DNA of 56,482 nucleotides from Octopus bimaculoides (Eukaryota): contig NC_068996.1 of assembly GCF_001194135.2 (NCBI RefSeq), forward strand, positions 29,527,166-29,583,647, given 5' to 3'. Made by a program: the position numbers and the translations under genes. This document shows positions 29,250-40,800 of the stretch, piece after piece (within the stretch, counting starts at the first letter, position 1; the number at the start of each line of letters is the position of its first letter). A model generated the notes under the pieces. The model worked only from the letters and a program-made list of their open reading frames with translations, was not told where the DNA came from and did no database searches.

Positions 29250-29502
29250 ATTCTTTCGGTTTATTTCACTGAACTGCTAAGTTACACGGATGTAAACACA
29301 CCAGCACCAGTTGTCAAACGATGTTGGGGGTGACAAACACACACGATGGACTTCTTTCAGTTTCTGTTTACCAAATCCACTCACCAGGCTTTAGTCAGGC
29401 CAAGGCTATAGTAGGAGATAGTTGTGCCAGGTGCTATGCAGCGAGACTGAACCTGGAAGTATGTTGTTTGTAAGCAAGCTACTTACCATACAGCCACTGC
29501 TG
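29250..29502 (-). mobile_element. CORE-like SINE
   Basis: Reverse complement matches the family consensus seen at 55561. Confidence 0.82.
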
Positions 29503-29548
29503 ATGTTTATATGTATATATATATATATATATATTTATTTATCTATTT

Positions 29549-29779
29549 ATTTCCTTATTGCCCACAGGGGGCTAAACATAGAGGGGACTAGCAAGGACAG
29601 ACAAAGGGATTAAGTTGATTACATCGGCCCCAGTGTGTAACTGGTACTTATTTAATGGACCCCGAAAGTACAAAAGGCAAAGTTGATCTCAGCGGAATTT
29701 GAACTCAGAACGTAATGGTAGATAAAATACCACTAGGCAGATCGTCCGGCATGCTAACGATTCTGTCAGCTCACCGCCC
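29549..29779 (-). mobile_element. Second tRNA-derived SINE family, near full length; fragments at about 1870-2018, 2545-2680, 45000-45180 and 52625-52690
   Basis: Minus strand begins ggcggtgagctgacagaatcgttagc (A-box-like) and has gagttcaaattcc (B-box). Its body differs from the CORE-like family. Confidence 0.82.
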
Positions 29780-32159
29780 TAAATAGATATGTATTTATAT
29801 ATATGTATATATATATATATATTATAATATTTATATATATGATTATGGTTATTATCGGTTTAGCTGAGAGACAAGTTAATTCGACTTAAATTGTGTCTCC
29901 TGGAACTAATTAATGACATAGGGTGAGGTATGCTTGTATATATACATATATTAACAGGAATAGAAAGACCGCCATCCGGGCGGTTTTCTGAGAACCACTT
30001 GATATTTTTACATATTCTGAATTGTAACAATTTTTATTATATTTTACATGTAATTATTTCTTTGTATAATAGTGCTCACTTTCTTGATAAATATTGCTTT
30101 CATTATTTGATTAGTCATGAACACTCTTTTTTAAAGAAACATAAAGGTAGTCCAACTAAGGGAAGCATTTTATATTTTACCTTCCTGTCAAAGCAACATA
30201 GCGATTTCAGTTCAGCAGCCAATCTGTTACCTTTGCATTGTGTATGTGTGTGTGTAACAGTGTGATGATGGGGTGGGGAAGATCATTGCAAACAATAAAT
30301 GAAATTAAAAAATCGTATGCATTTCTACAAATACTGCTTAGTTATTGTGGCTTCAGAGTATATAGGGATTTATGGAAAAGAATTTTTCTGAGGGGTGGAG
30401 AGAGGAGTTTGGGAAAATACACACGATCCAACTTTTTTTCCTCATAACTTCCAGGAAATGGGTATCTTTTAATGCAAGTTTATATGAATGCCTTTGAAAC
30501 AGCATAGATTATGATTATAAAGAAATCTGTGGGGAAGATTTTTTCCAAGGTAGTGGGGAGAGGAGTTTCAAATCAGCGAGACCAAATACATGAGAACTAC
30601 TCTGTTTTGATGGGGATTTTCCCCTTTTGTTTCAACCACAGCCTCCTAAATGATGGTTTGGGGGTCATCTTTGTATAAGAAAAGATTTTGAAACACCCAC
30701 CACCCCCTTTCCCCATCATCCTACTCTATACCTATCTTGGCCAATTTTTGTTGCACTTCAAATCCATGGGAGGAGCCTTTTTTATGAACAAAAGTTAAAA
30801 GAAATTAATATTTTCAGAGGGAAAATTGAATGATTTAAGGGAGATTTGGCTGTTGTTTCTAGCATATCCCAAGACAGCTCTCCACATTTGTTTATCACTC
30901 TTGCATGTATTGATGTATTTCAATATTTTTCTCCCCATACATACATTTATATGCTAAAGGAAACATTATTTGAAAAATTATGAATTTTTTGCAACCACAC
31001 GTCCTGACACCAATTGTTTCTGTTTATATAAATTAAAATACTGGAGAGCTTCAGAAGGTTATTACTGACATTTATCCACTGTGATTTAAAGAAAGTTACG
31101 TGAACGATAATTCATTTTAATAGCATAATTTCTGTTAGAAAATGTTTTTCCTTACACACATGGCTTCATTTGATTGAGGTGTGGGTAATAATTTAGATTA
31201 CAATTTCTATTGTTGCTTATATTCCATGATTGGACAATGTGTGTTACTTTTGGCATTATTATTCTATAAAATGCTTAATGGGAGAAAAATATTGAAAAGA
31301 CATCAATACATGTGGGTTGTGCTAGAATCAATTGCCAAACCTCCCTTGAATTGTTCACCTTTTCCACTGAAAATATTTACATTAAAAAAAAAATTTTTTT
31401 TTTTACTGAAATAGCTTCTCATAGTTTTTAATGAAAAAAATGTCTAAGAACAGTTCATCATTGTAAGGCTTATAGCGTTCCAAAACAGCCATAACAACAA
31501 AATCTTTTTTTATCTTACAAAAATTATATTGGTATATTAAAAATACAGCCAAAACTCCTTTGAATTCTTCACCTTTTCTTCTCAAAATATTTACAATTTT
31601 GTTTGGTTTGGCTTGGTAAATTTAACAGAAAATCACTTAAAAATTATACCAGCATATTTAAAAATTTCATTATATCAAAATTATTTAAACAAACTCCAGA
31701 AACTGATAATATTCTTAAAATTGTGCCTTGTATCAAAGTTATACATCGATTGAAAATCTCACTTGCAACAAATTAATGTTGTTTACTATTAAACATTAAA
31801 ATCTACTCTGCATTGAATGCAAGGATGTTTAAATTTGTGAAAAATTGGATGCAGTGAATATAAGGAATTTCTTAATATGGGAAAATTAGAGTTCAAAATT
31901 CACAGATCAAAATTATAAGAAATTTCTTAGAACATGAATTTATAGAAATACTTCCAGATGGTCAAACCTTTAATTATTACTTTCTTTTATTACTTTTAGT
32001 AACTATTACATACCTAATTGATACACAGCTTTCTCCATTATAATATAGATGCATATATATATATATGTGTGTGTGTGTATACATATACATAGAAGTATAC
32101 ATATATATATATAAATATATATACATAGGTTTGTAAATATATATGTATAAATATATGGA

Positions 32160-32460
32160 CTCGGGTTCAGTCCCACAGCGTGGCACCTTGGGCAAGTGTC
32201 TTCTACTATAGCCTCGGGCTGAACAGAGCCTTGTGAGTGGATTTGGTAGATGGAAACTGAAAGAAGCCCGTCATATATGTGTATATATATATATATTTGT
32301 GTGTGTGTGTCTGTTTGTCCCCCTAACATCGCTTGACAACCGATGCTGGTGTGTTTAGGTCCCCGTAACTTAGCGCTTCAGCAAAAGAGACCGATAGAAT
32401 AAGTACTAGGCTTACAAAGAACAGTCAAATGACTGAAACAAATAAAAGAGTAAAAAGAGT
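32160..32460 (+). mobile_element. CORE-like SINE, 5'-truncated
   Basis: gggttcagtcccacagcgtggcaccttgggcaagtgtc...aaatgactgaaacaaataaaagagt. Confidence 0.85.
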
Positions 32461-32726
32461 ATATATATAAATATATATACATATGTGTATATACATAATA
32501 ATATATAAATATATGCATGTATACATACATATATGGGTACAGGACATCAAAAAACGTAGACAACAAGAAATGAGAACATAAAAAAAACAAAAACATAGGA
32601 CGAACTTTTTTTCGAGCAATGAAAAAAACGAGACAGGCAACATAAGGAACATTGCCTTCATCAGTTGTCCCCTGTTTTATCTATTTAACGTTTCGAAGGT
32701 AAGGACATACATATATATGGATTGTG

Positions 32727-32819
<93 letters not shown>

Positions 32820-33594
32820 AAATATATATACATATATGTAATATACAAAAATGGGACAAGAACACAAAACATCCAGATGGTTAGGTGATACAAAAAATAA
32901 CATCCAGACAGACGATACAAAGAAAACAAGGACAGGTCATTCTGAATTTTTCTATCCTCAGTCAAGTTCCAGATTATCTTTGCAATTTTGGCTGGTTATA
33001 CTCGAGATTGCTCCAATCTGGCCAGCCCCAAGGAAAAACTAAGCTAAGAGCATTAGATTCCTTGGAAGAAAGCAGTGAATATATACGAAAACAAGGACAG
33101 AAAAAGACAGAAATGTTACACAATACAAATGCAAATAACAGGACATAACAACAGGTGTGTTTCGACTAAGGACGAATTAAATTAAGCTGTCATGTGTGGA
33201 AGTAAAGCCTTACGGCAGGGACATAAGATTAGACAGGCACAGGGAGGAATATAAATGTTGCAAGGATGATAGTCGAACCAAAAAAGAAAAGTCAGGCTTG
33301 GCTGAACACCAGTCACTTGGGGAGAGAAGAAAGAGAGATAGAGGCAGCGGGATAGAAGAATTAAGGAAGGGCGAGAAAAAAATGAAAGGGACATAGTAAA
33401 GTGAAAGAGGAAGGAAAGTGAGCATGAAGAGAAGGCCAGGAAATGCGAGAGAGGGGGAACAAAAGAACTAAGTATGGAGTGAACGAAGTAAGTGTGAAAC
33501 AGCTGATAGGAAGAATGAAAGAATAATAGTCCTACAAAATTTAGATATATATGTACTTACATATAAGTGACCAAAGTGTACGTACGCTGCTATA

Positions 33595-33630
<36 letters not shown>

Positions 33631-33777
33631 GTACAAAAATGGGTCAAGAACACAAAACATCCAGACGGTTAGGTGACACATAAAAGGGACAAAAAACATC
33701 CACACAGATGATACAAAGAAAACAAGAACGGATCATTCAGAGTTTTCTATCTTCAGTCGAGTTCCAGATTGTCTTTG

Positions 33778-33799
<22 letters not shown>

Positions 33800-33811
<12 letters not shown>

Positions 33812-33930
33812 GGGGGAATGTACGAAAAAACAACAACAGACGAGGACAGGTGGTGTAAACAACAAAAGGATGTATTAGTATGACGCTCGGGAAGACGGAA
33901 AGTCTTTAACGTTTCGAGCTACGCTCTTCA
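33800..33930 (-). mobile_element. Short fragment of the same PLE 3' region with a hammerhead-like motif
   Basis: Similar to 36000-36110 (gtaaacaacaaa..gtattagt..gctcgg..aagtcttt..tttcgagc..ctcttc). Confidence 0.7.
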
Positions 33931-33996
33931 TAATTGTATATATATGTGTACATATATTTGCATGCATATATATATGTATGTATGTATACATATATA

Positions 33997-34280
33997 TGAA
34001 AATAAGAATAATGGAGATATGAAAATTTATTATCCTCAAAAATCAAACATAGTTCCTTACAGCTATTTCAATTAAGGCCAATAAAAATTAAAGAAATGCT
34101 ATTAAAATCATTATTTGGGGGCAAAATCCCTTCAGAGGGGTAGGAAAAAAGAGACACCCTTAGGTTTTTTAATGTGATGATTCTAAAATGCAACAGATAA
34201 ACAACCTGAGGGTATATCTTTTAATCTTTATTGGCCTTTTGATTTTTGTTAAATACTCTATCTCCATTTTCTTATTTTCA
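33997..34280. mobile_element. MITE-like element with terminal and subterminal inverted repeats
   Basis: tgaaaataagaataatggagata versus tatctccattttcttattttca; inner aaggccaataaaaattaa versus ttaatctttattggcctt. Confidence 0.6.
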
Positions 34281-34471
34281 TTTCAATCATTACAAACCAT
34301 GGTTTATATATAAACCTAATATTTTATGAATATTATTATTATTCCCTATAAATATTAGGTATTGAACCAGTAATTCCTTGGGTGATACCATCCCTGAATG
34401 AACGAGACTAATCTAACCTCTAATTGAATATATACGTGTGTGTGTATGTATATATGTACACACACACACAC

Positions 34472-35245
34472 CAGGTTGAGTAAAAAGTAAGCTACATTTT
34501 GAAACATGAAATTCATCACAACATATTTCAAGAATGCCGAAATTTTATTCATTGAAGTACTGTTACACTCAACACATTTTTGCTAACGAGTTATAAGTTT
34601 GTTCATTCGAGTAATATGAAAATCTAGTTCTGGTGCTGATGAACTCTTTGAATGCACTTTCAGGATTTGTTTGATCTTTGAACTCCTCTCTCAGGAAGCC
34701 ATCAAGGTGATTGAAAATGTGGTAGTTGGTAGGAGAATGTTCTGGGGAAGAACTTCGCAGCCAAGCTCTCTCAACTTTTTGATTGTTAGAGTTCCCTCAA
34801 CTTCTGGAGTGATCGAGCTTAGTCATGAAAAATGATTGGCCCTCTTCAGTTGATGAGTCTGGGACAGAGGAGTAGCAGTTTCTCCTTCGTTTTGGCAATT
34901 TCATGGCAGTATGTTTCTGCAGTATTGGTTTTTCTGGGTTTTAAGAAGTTATAGTGCATTAGGAATTAGTCATCATAACCTTCTCAGGTTTCGGGAGGGT
35001 TTTCAAGGCTTCATTTTGGTAACCACTGTGAAGAACATTTTTTTTATTGTTGTACAGAATCCACATTTCATTGGAAGCTACACTACAGTTGACAAATGGA
35101 TCAGTCTAGTTACAGAGAAGAAGTCACAAGCAAATTTCATAACTGCAAATTTTCAGATTTCATTCAAATTGTGTATTACCCGTTTGTCAAGCTTTTTGAT
35201 TTTCCGATCGCATGCAAATGGTTGCTGGCTAATGTGAAGTTCTTT
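34472..35245 (-). mobile_element. Mariner transposase pseudogene (Hsmar1/cecropia-like), 5'-truncated
   Basis: Across frameshifts: KSKKLDK.V, (D)E.WILYNN, KKVMMT, HYNFLKPRKT.TAETYCHEI, GPIIFHD, SPTNYHIFNHLDGFLRE, KCVEC. A TIR-like sequence caggttgagtaaaaagtaag lies at 34472. Confidence 0.85.
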
Positions 35246-35877
35246 TGCCTGTTCTTGAGTGGAAAATTAGAAATAGCAGCCAAAACTACTATTTCTCTAC
35301 TAAAATACGACTCCCGAAAACAGTCATACTCGCAAACTACAAAGGCAAAAAAGGGAAAAAAATAACGAATCTACCCAACCTTGATTATCCAAGCTTGATT
35401 TATGCGTTCACCACCACAAATTCGTTTAGCCTTAGCAGCCCTTCCTGTTTGTTTTCAAAGTCCTGTTTGTGTTGCCAATTTTGTCCCTCCGCAAAATCCC
35501 AAATTTTATTTAATTTGCTTTGCGGGAACAACTGTTTTATCAAAAGCGTATATTGTTGTTAAATGCCCGGAATACGAGTGTAGAAAAACAGCCAACAACT
35601 GATGAAGCGTCATTCCTTATGTTGTTTGTTTTCCATTTGTGTCTTTCGTTGTTCCAAAAAATAATTCATATTCCATGGCATCATACTTCGTGTTTTTTGT
35701 TCTACACGTTTTGTGATGTCCTATGCCCACAAATGCATATATATAAACATATATATATATATATATATATATAGCGAAACAATTATGAGAAAGGAACCAA
35801 TGGATAAGCCCCGCTTTCCTGGATATTACCGGGTACGTCAGCTAATATATACGTATATATATATATGTGTGTGTGTG

Positions 35878-35882
<5 letters not shown>

Positions 35883-35957
<75 letters not shown>
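35883..35957. repeat. Long (TA)n microsatellite, representative of many (TA)n/(CA)n/(TACA)n/(TAGA)n/(CAT)n tracts, e.g. 19258-19297, 22108-22155, 53641-53705
   Basis: Seen directly. These tracts generate most of the spurious YI/HT/CV ORFs in the track. Confidence 0.95.
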
Positions 35958-35960
<3 letters not shown>

Positions 35961-36019
35961 ATGTGTGTATGTATATATATATACATATATATGTATGCAT
36001 AGTGAGAATTTACAAAAGA

Positions 36020-37410
36020 TGACGGGTGTGTAAACAACAAACAGAGGTATTAGTTTAATGCTCGGAAAGTGAGAAAGTCTTTTGAATTTCAAGCCTACTC
36101 TCTTCGACAGAAAGGAACACAGGAATAAAGAGGCAGAGAAGATTGAAAAAGGTTTAGTGGCTAGCGATCTATCATGGCAATTGCCAGGCAGAGGTGTCAC
36201 ACAGGAGAGCTAGGAAGAAGGGGAGTTGTGGTCGCCCCAAAACGAAAGTGAATGCATATGTGAGAGCATGTGTCTGCATGTGGAAGGGGGCTGGTGACAT
36301 TGATGTGTGCATGTGTAAGTGTGTCCATGATGGTGTAGGCACTTGGAAGTGGTCAGTTCTAGTGTGTGCGGTGTGGCGTGGTGTGGTGGTGTTGGGGAGG
36401 TGAGTGGGGGAAGGAAGGTGGAATGGGATGTGGAGGGGTGGGTTAACAAGGAAGGGATATTGACGATGAAAGGAGGTGTGCTGGAGTGAAAGAGGAAGTA
36501 GGTGTCAGAGCAAGAGAAGAGAGGTGGGTGGGTGGGTGGATGGTTAGATGAAGAGGAGTGTTGAGCCCATGTGGTGCAAAGGAGCAAAGAGAGATTAATC
36601 CCTACTCATGGCAAAGACGGGAGTCCGGATGGCCCCTGTGCATGGACAATCTGAACACAGACAGGTGTTGTAAAGAATGACCGGTAGAACGGAAATGGCG
36701 TGAGACTGGGGCGACGTTACTGACTCAGATGTCTCGGAGGTGTTCCGCGAACTGGTCAGCCAAGTGGCATGCTATTTCACTGATTTATAGAGAAGGACAG
36801 AGCAGGAGATGCAGTAGATGACGTTGCTAGAAGTGCAGGTGAAGGAGTTAGTGATATGATGGGTGCCTGTGAGGAGGGTGGTGTTGGAGAGGTAAGGGCA
36901 AGTGCGGCAGCATGGGTGGGAGCAGGGGAACAAGCCAGGATGGGTTAGAGAAGTTGAGGTGTGAGTCTGTGTTTGTAGTGGATGGAGGTGGTGACTAGGG
37001 TGATGAATGCTGACCAAAATGTTATGAAAGGCAACTGACGGGCAGCAGTGGAGGGCAGCATGGAAAGATTTGACAAAAGAGAGGAAAGAGTTTAGATGTA
37101 CGTGGGAGAGTGAGGTCACACTGATACAGTCGTCAAGAGTTCAGGAGTGGAATCAGTGAAACTTGAGAACATTTGGGCCTCAACGTAGCCAACGAATAGG
37201 TTCGCATAGTTGGGGGCCCAGTCTCTGGCTAGACAAAGGAGTGTGGTTGTGTCAGGTTGGGGGTTGGGTCGAAGGTCAAGGAAATGTTGGAGTGTACACA
37301 GCCCCAATGCTTAGTGGTACAGACCAAATCTGTGTCTGGTGCAAAGTCCTTTCCAGACCTATGGAAACGTGATAGTGGACAAATACCATAGATAGGGTCA
37401 TTAGAGCAAA
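36020..37410 (-). mobile_element. Penelope-like element (RT plus GIY-YIG endonuclease remnants), internally deleted, with 3' region
   Basis: LQHFLDLRPNPQPDTTTLL, APNYANLFVGYVE and DDCISVT match PLE RT. PGLFPC..PCCRTCPY..HITNSFTCTSSNVIYCISC, then LADQFAEHLRDI..PVSRHF, match the PLE GIY-YIG. A hammerhead-like motif lies downstream. Confidence 0.9.
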
Positions 37411-37414
37411 GAAA

Positions 37415-37530
37415 CACGTTGACCCAACTGAGGGACTAGCTATCCGAATTGACAGTACCCTGGTAAATAAAGCAATTAAGGATATGAAGACAGAGAAAGC
37501 CCCTGGCCCATCAGGAATTACTCTTGAGAC
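37415..37530 (+). mobile_element. Short RTE fragment
   Basis: Closely similar to 39395-39510 (gacccaactgagggactagctatccgaattgacagtacc...). Confidence 0.75.
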
Positions 37531-37889
37531 ATTTTTCCTTTTATGGCAAAATATGCACCTGATTCAATAAAATTATGATGGTTACTCTGATTACTATGTA
37601 TAAATGCAAAATATTTTAGTTTTTCGTAGATCAAGTAGACATAATTCACCCCTGCCTTTCAATCTCAGTATTTAAGCTATGCATAGTAATGCTGTAATAC
37701 ACATGCTATGTACACCCCTACAACACCATTTTCTTTACATGCTATAAATGCAGAGGTAAATCTGCCTTCAATTCAGTTGCGCAACTGCATTTTGTTCCTT
37801 TTTTGGTTGTTTTACTACATAATGGTCTCCAACTGCCTACCCTGAGTAATTACTGATACATATACACACACACACATACATGACGCTGT

Positions 37890-40800
37890 TGTCCCCCCAT
37901 CCCATGATATCAGGGTTGGCACACTGAAAGGTAGGTCTGGTGAAATTGTTGAGATGCTTGAATGGAGACATGTAGATTTGTGCTGCTGCCAGTACCGCCT
38001 GACTGGCCTTCGTGCGGGTGACACATAAAAGCACCCACTACACTCTCTGAGTGGTTGGCGTTAGGAAGGGCATCCAGCTGTAGAAACTCTACCAAATAAG
38101 ATTGGAGGCTGGTGTTGCCATCTGGTTTCACCAGTCCTCAGTCAAATAATCCAACCCATGCTAGCATGGAAAGCGAACGTTAAACGATGATGATGATGAT
38201 GATCCAAGAAGTAAGGCAGAGAGGAAGTACTGCCAGATTCCTCACAGGCAAAGAACATAAGTATAAGATTTTCTGAACAGGAAACACTGATGAGGTCAGC
38301 GAAATGGGTTGATAAGGTGTTCAAGGTAGTAAGAGTCTGATAGAATACTTAAGATTAGAGTAGTGCTGCAGGATGGTTTAGCAACCATTATCTTGGCCTT
38401 TGCCCCTCAGCGGGGGCCACCTGATGAACAGAACGGCCGATTTTATGACACCCTCTTGTGTACTACCTTGTCAACGAATGACAGGGACCTTCTCTTTGTG
38501 GCTAGAGTCCTCAGTGGGCATGATGGATAACATGCAGGGAGCTTCCATAATGTACATGGAGGCTATGGTTTTAGTCCCTGCAATAAGGAGGGAACCAGGT
38601 TGCAGGAGTTCTGCAATGCAAATGATCTTATGGTTTGCAATACTAATTTCAGGAAACCTGCCAGTCACCTATTCACCTACCGATCTGGTGGACACACTAG
38701 TCAACTTGACTACATCCTTGCCAGGAAACGGGAAAGATGGCTATGTATAAAAGCCAAAACCTTCCCAGGTGAAGAATCACCCCACAGCATAGATTAGTTG
38801 TGAAATGGATGCTCAGAAGACAACCAGCACAGAGTTGAAGGGTCTGGAAGCTTAAGGATCCTGCGAATGGACGGAAATTTAGAGACATATTACTTGAAGC
38901 TTTTGACAGAATAGAGGGGGATATAGCATCACATGATGTGGAAGACAACCGGAGGTTTCTACAGGACAACATGTTGAGGGCTACTGACCAGATCTGTAGA
39001 TGGTGCAAAGTCCTCTCTCGACCCAAAGGTAACATGGTTGTGGAACAATGTAGTTGACAAGGTGGTTAGGGAAAAGAAACAGGCTTGGAAGGACTGGAAG
39101 AACGGTGGTAGCAGGGAATTGTATCAGATTGCCAGAAGGGAAGCTAGGAGAAGGGTTTACTTAACCAGAGGGGAAGCAGATAAGAAAAAATTTGCCAATG
39201 TTCTGTGTCATGTGGGCCAAAGTGTTGAGTTATAAGACATTGTGAGAGAGAATCGTGATGTCATAGGAGAGAAATGTGTCCGCATGGATGATGGCTCACT
39301 TGCATTTAATGAGGCTGTAAGGAGAGAGACTTGGAGACACCACTATGAAATTTTGTTAAATGAAGAGAATGAATGGGAGAAAGAAAGTCTGCTGAATGTC
39401 AACCCAACAGAGGGACCAGCTATCTGAATTGACAGTACTTTGGTAAATAAAGCAATTAAGGGTATGAAGACAGGGATAGCCCTCAGCCCATCAGCAATCA
39501 CTGCAGAGATGCTTAAAATATGTAGCAGTATCGGCTATAGTCTAGTCACTAATATAGTCAATCAGGTGATACATGAAGGAGTCCTATCCAATGACATAGC
39601 CAACTGCTACAAAGGTAAAGGTGATGCATTAGATACGAATAATTACAGAGGTATCAAGTTGTTGGATCCGGTAGTGAAAGTCATGGAGAGGGTCATAGTG
39701 CAACTAAGTAGGGAGAGAGTCAGTTTAGATGAGATGCAGTTTGGGTTCATGGCAGGGAAAAGCACCACTGATGCTATATTTCTGGTAAGACAGCTGCAGG
39801 AGAAATACCTAGCCAAGGATAAACCTCTACCTGGCTTTCATTGACATCGAGAAAGCCTTTGACAGGATCCCCTGATCCCTTATTTGGTGGTCAATGAGGA
39901 AACTAAGGACAGACGAGTGGTTAGTGAGAGCTGTACAAGCCATGTACAGAGATGCTGTCAGTAAGGTGAAGGTTGGAAGCGATGCAGACAAAGCACAAAT
40001 CCCCTCAGGTAGATGGCCCTGCTCGATCTGCAGAAAAGGCGTAGTTAGAAACTCCATAAGATGTACCCAGTATAAGCTATGGACACATAAGAGGTGCTGC
40101 AATATCAAAGGAAGGCTAACTGGGAAGATAGTTTTTGTGTGTGGCAAATTGCTCTGGGGCAATAAACGCTGAAAATGTGCAGAAAACAGCTTCTGTCACA
40201 TTCCAGGGAGAAAAACTACAAGTAGTTGATAGCTTCTGTTACCTAGGTGACCAAGTCAGTAGCGGGAGTGGATGCTTTGAGAGTGTAGCTGCTAGAATAA
40301 GAATAGCCTGGGCTATTCTTATTCTACCTCTGCTGGGCCTCTCACTCAGAGTAAAGGGTAGACTGTATGATGCCTGTGTGCAAACAGTCATGCTACATGG
40401 CAGTGAAACATGGGCTGTGACTGCTGAGGACATGCGTAAACTTGCAAGGAATGAAGCTAATATGCTTGCGAAGACCTGTTGAGGCAAGTGAAGTCGTCGT
40501 TGTGGCTGATGGCAGTACCACCTGATTGGCACGTAAAATGCAGCACCATTTGAGTGTGGTCAATGCCAGTGCCGGTGGCATGTAAAAAGCACCATTTCAG
40601 CGTGGTCTGTGCCAGTGCCACCTGACTGGTCCTGTGCCAGTGGCATGTCAAAAGCACAATTAGAGCATGGTTGTTGCTAGTGTCACCTGACTTGCTCCCG
40701 TGCCCGTGGCATGTAAAAAGCACTATTCAAGTGTGGGCAATGCGAGTACCACATGAGTGGCCCTTGTGCTGGTGGCACATAAAAAGCACCCACTACACTC

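Noticed and set aside
38286-38320. CTGATGAG..GCGAAA hammerhead-like string
   Set aside because: It lies inside RTE APE coding remnant (GNTDEV..), stem I cannot pair and stem II has a single pair; most likely coincidental.
40503-40800. CRISPR-like repeat array
   Set aside because: Eukaryotic LINE 3'UTR; the units are degenerate tandem repeats without unique spacers, and no cas genes are present.
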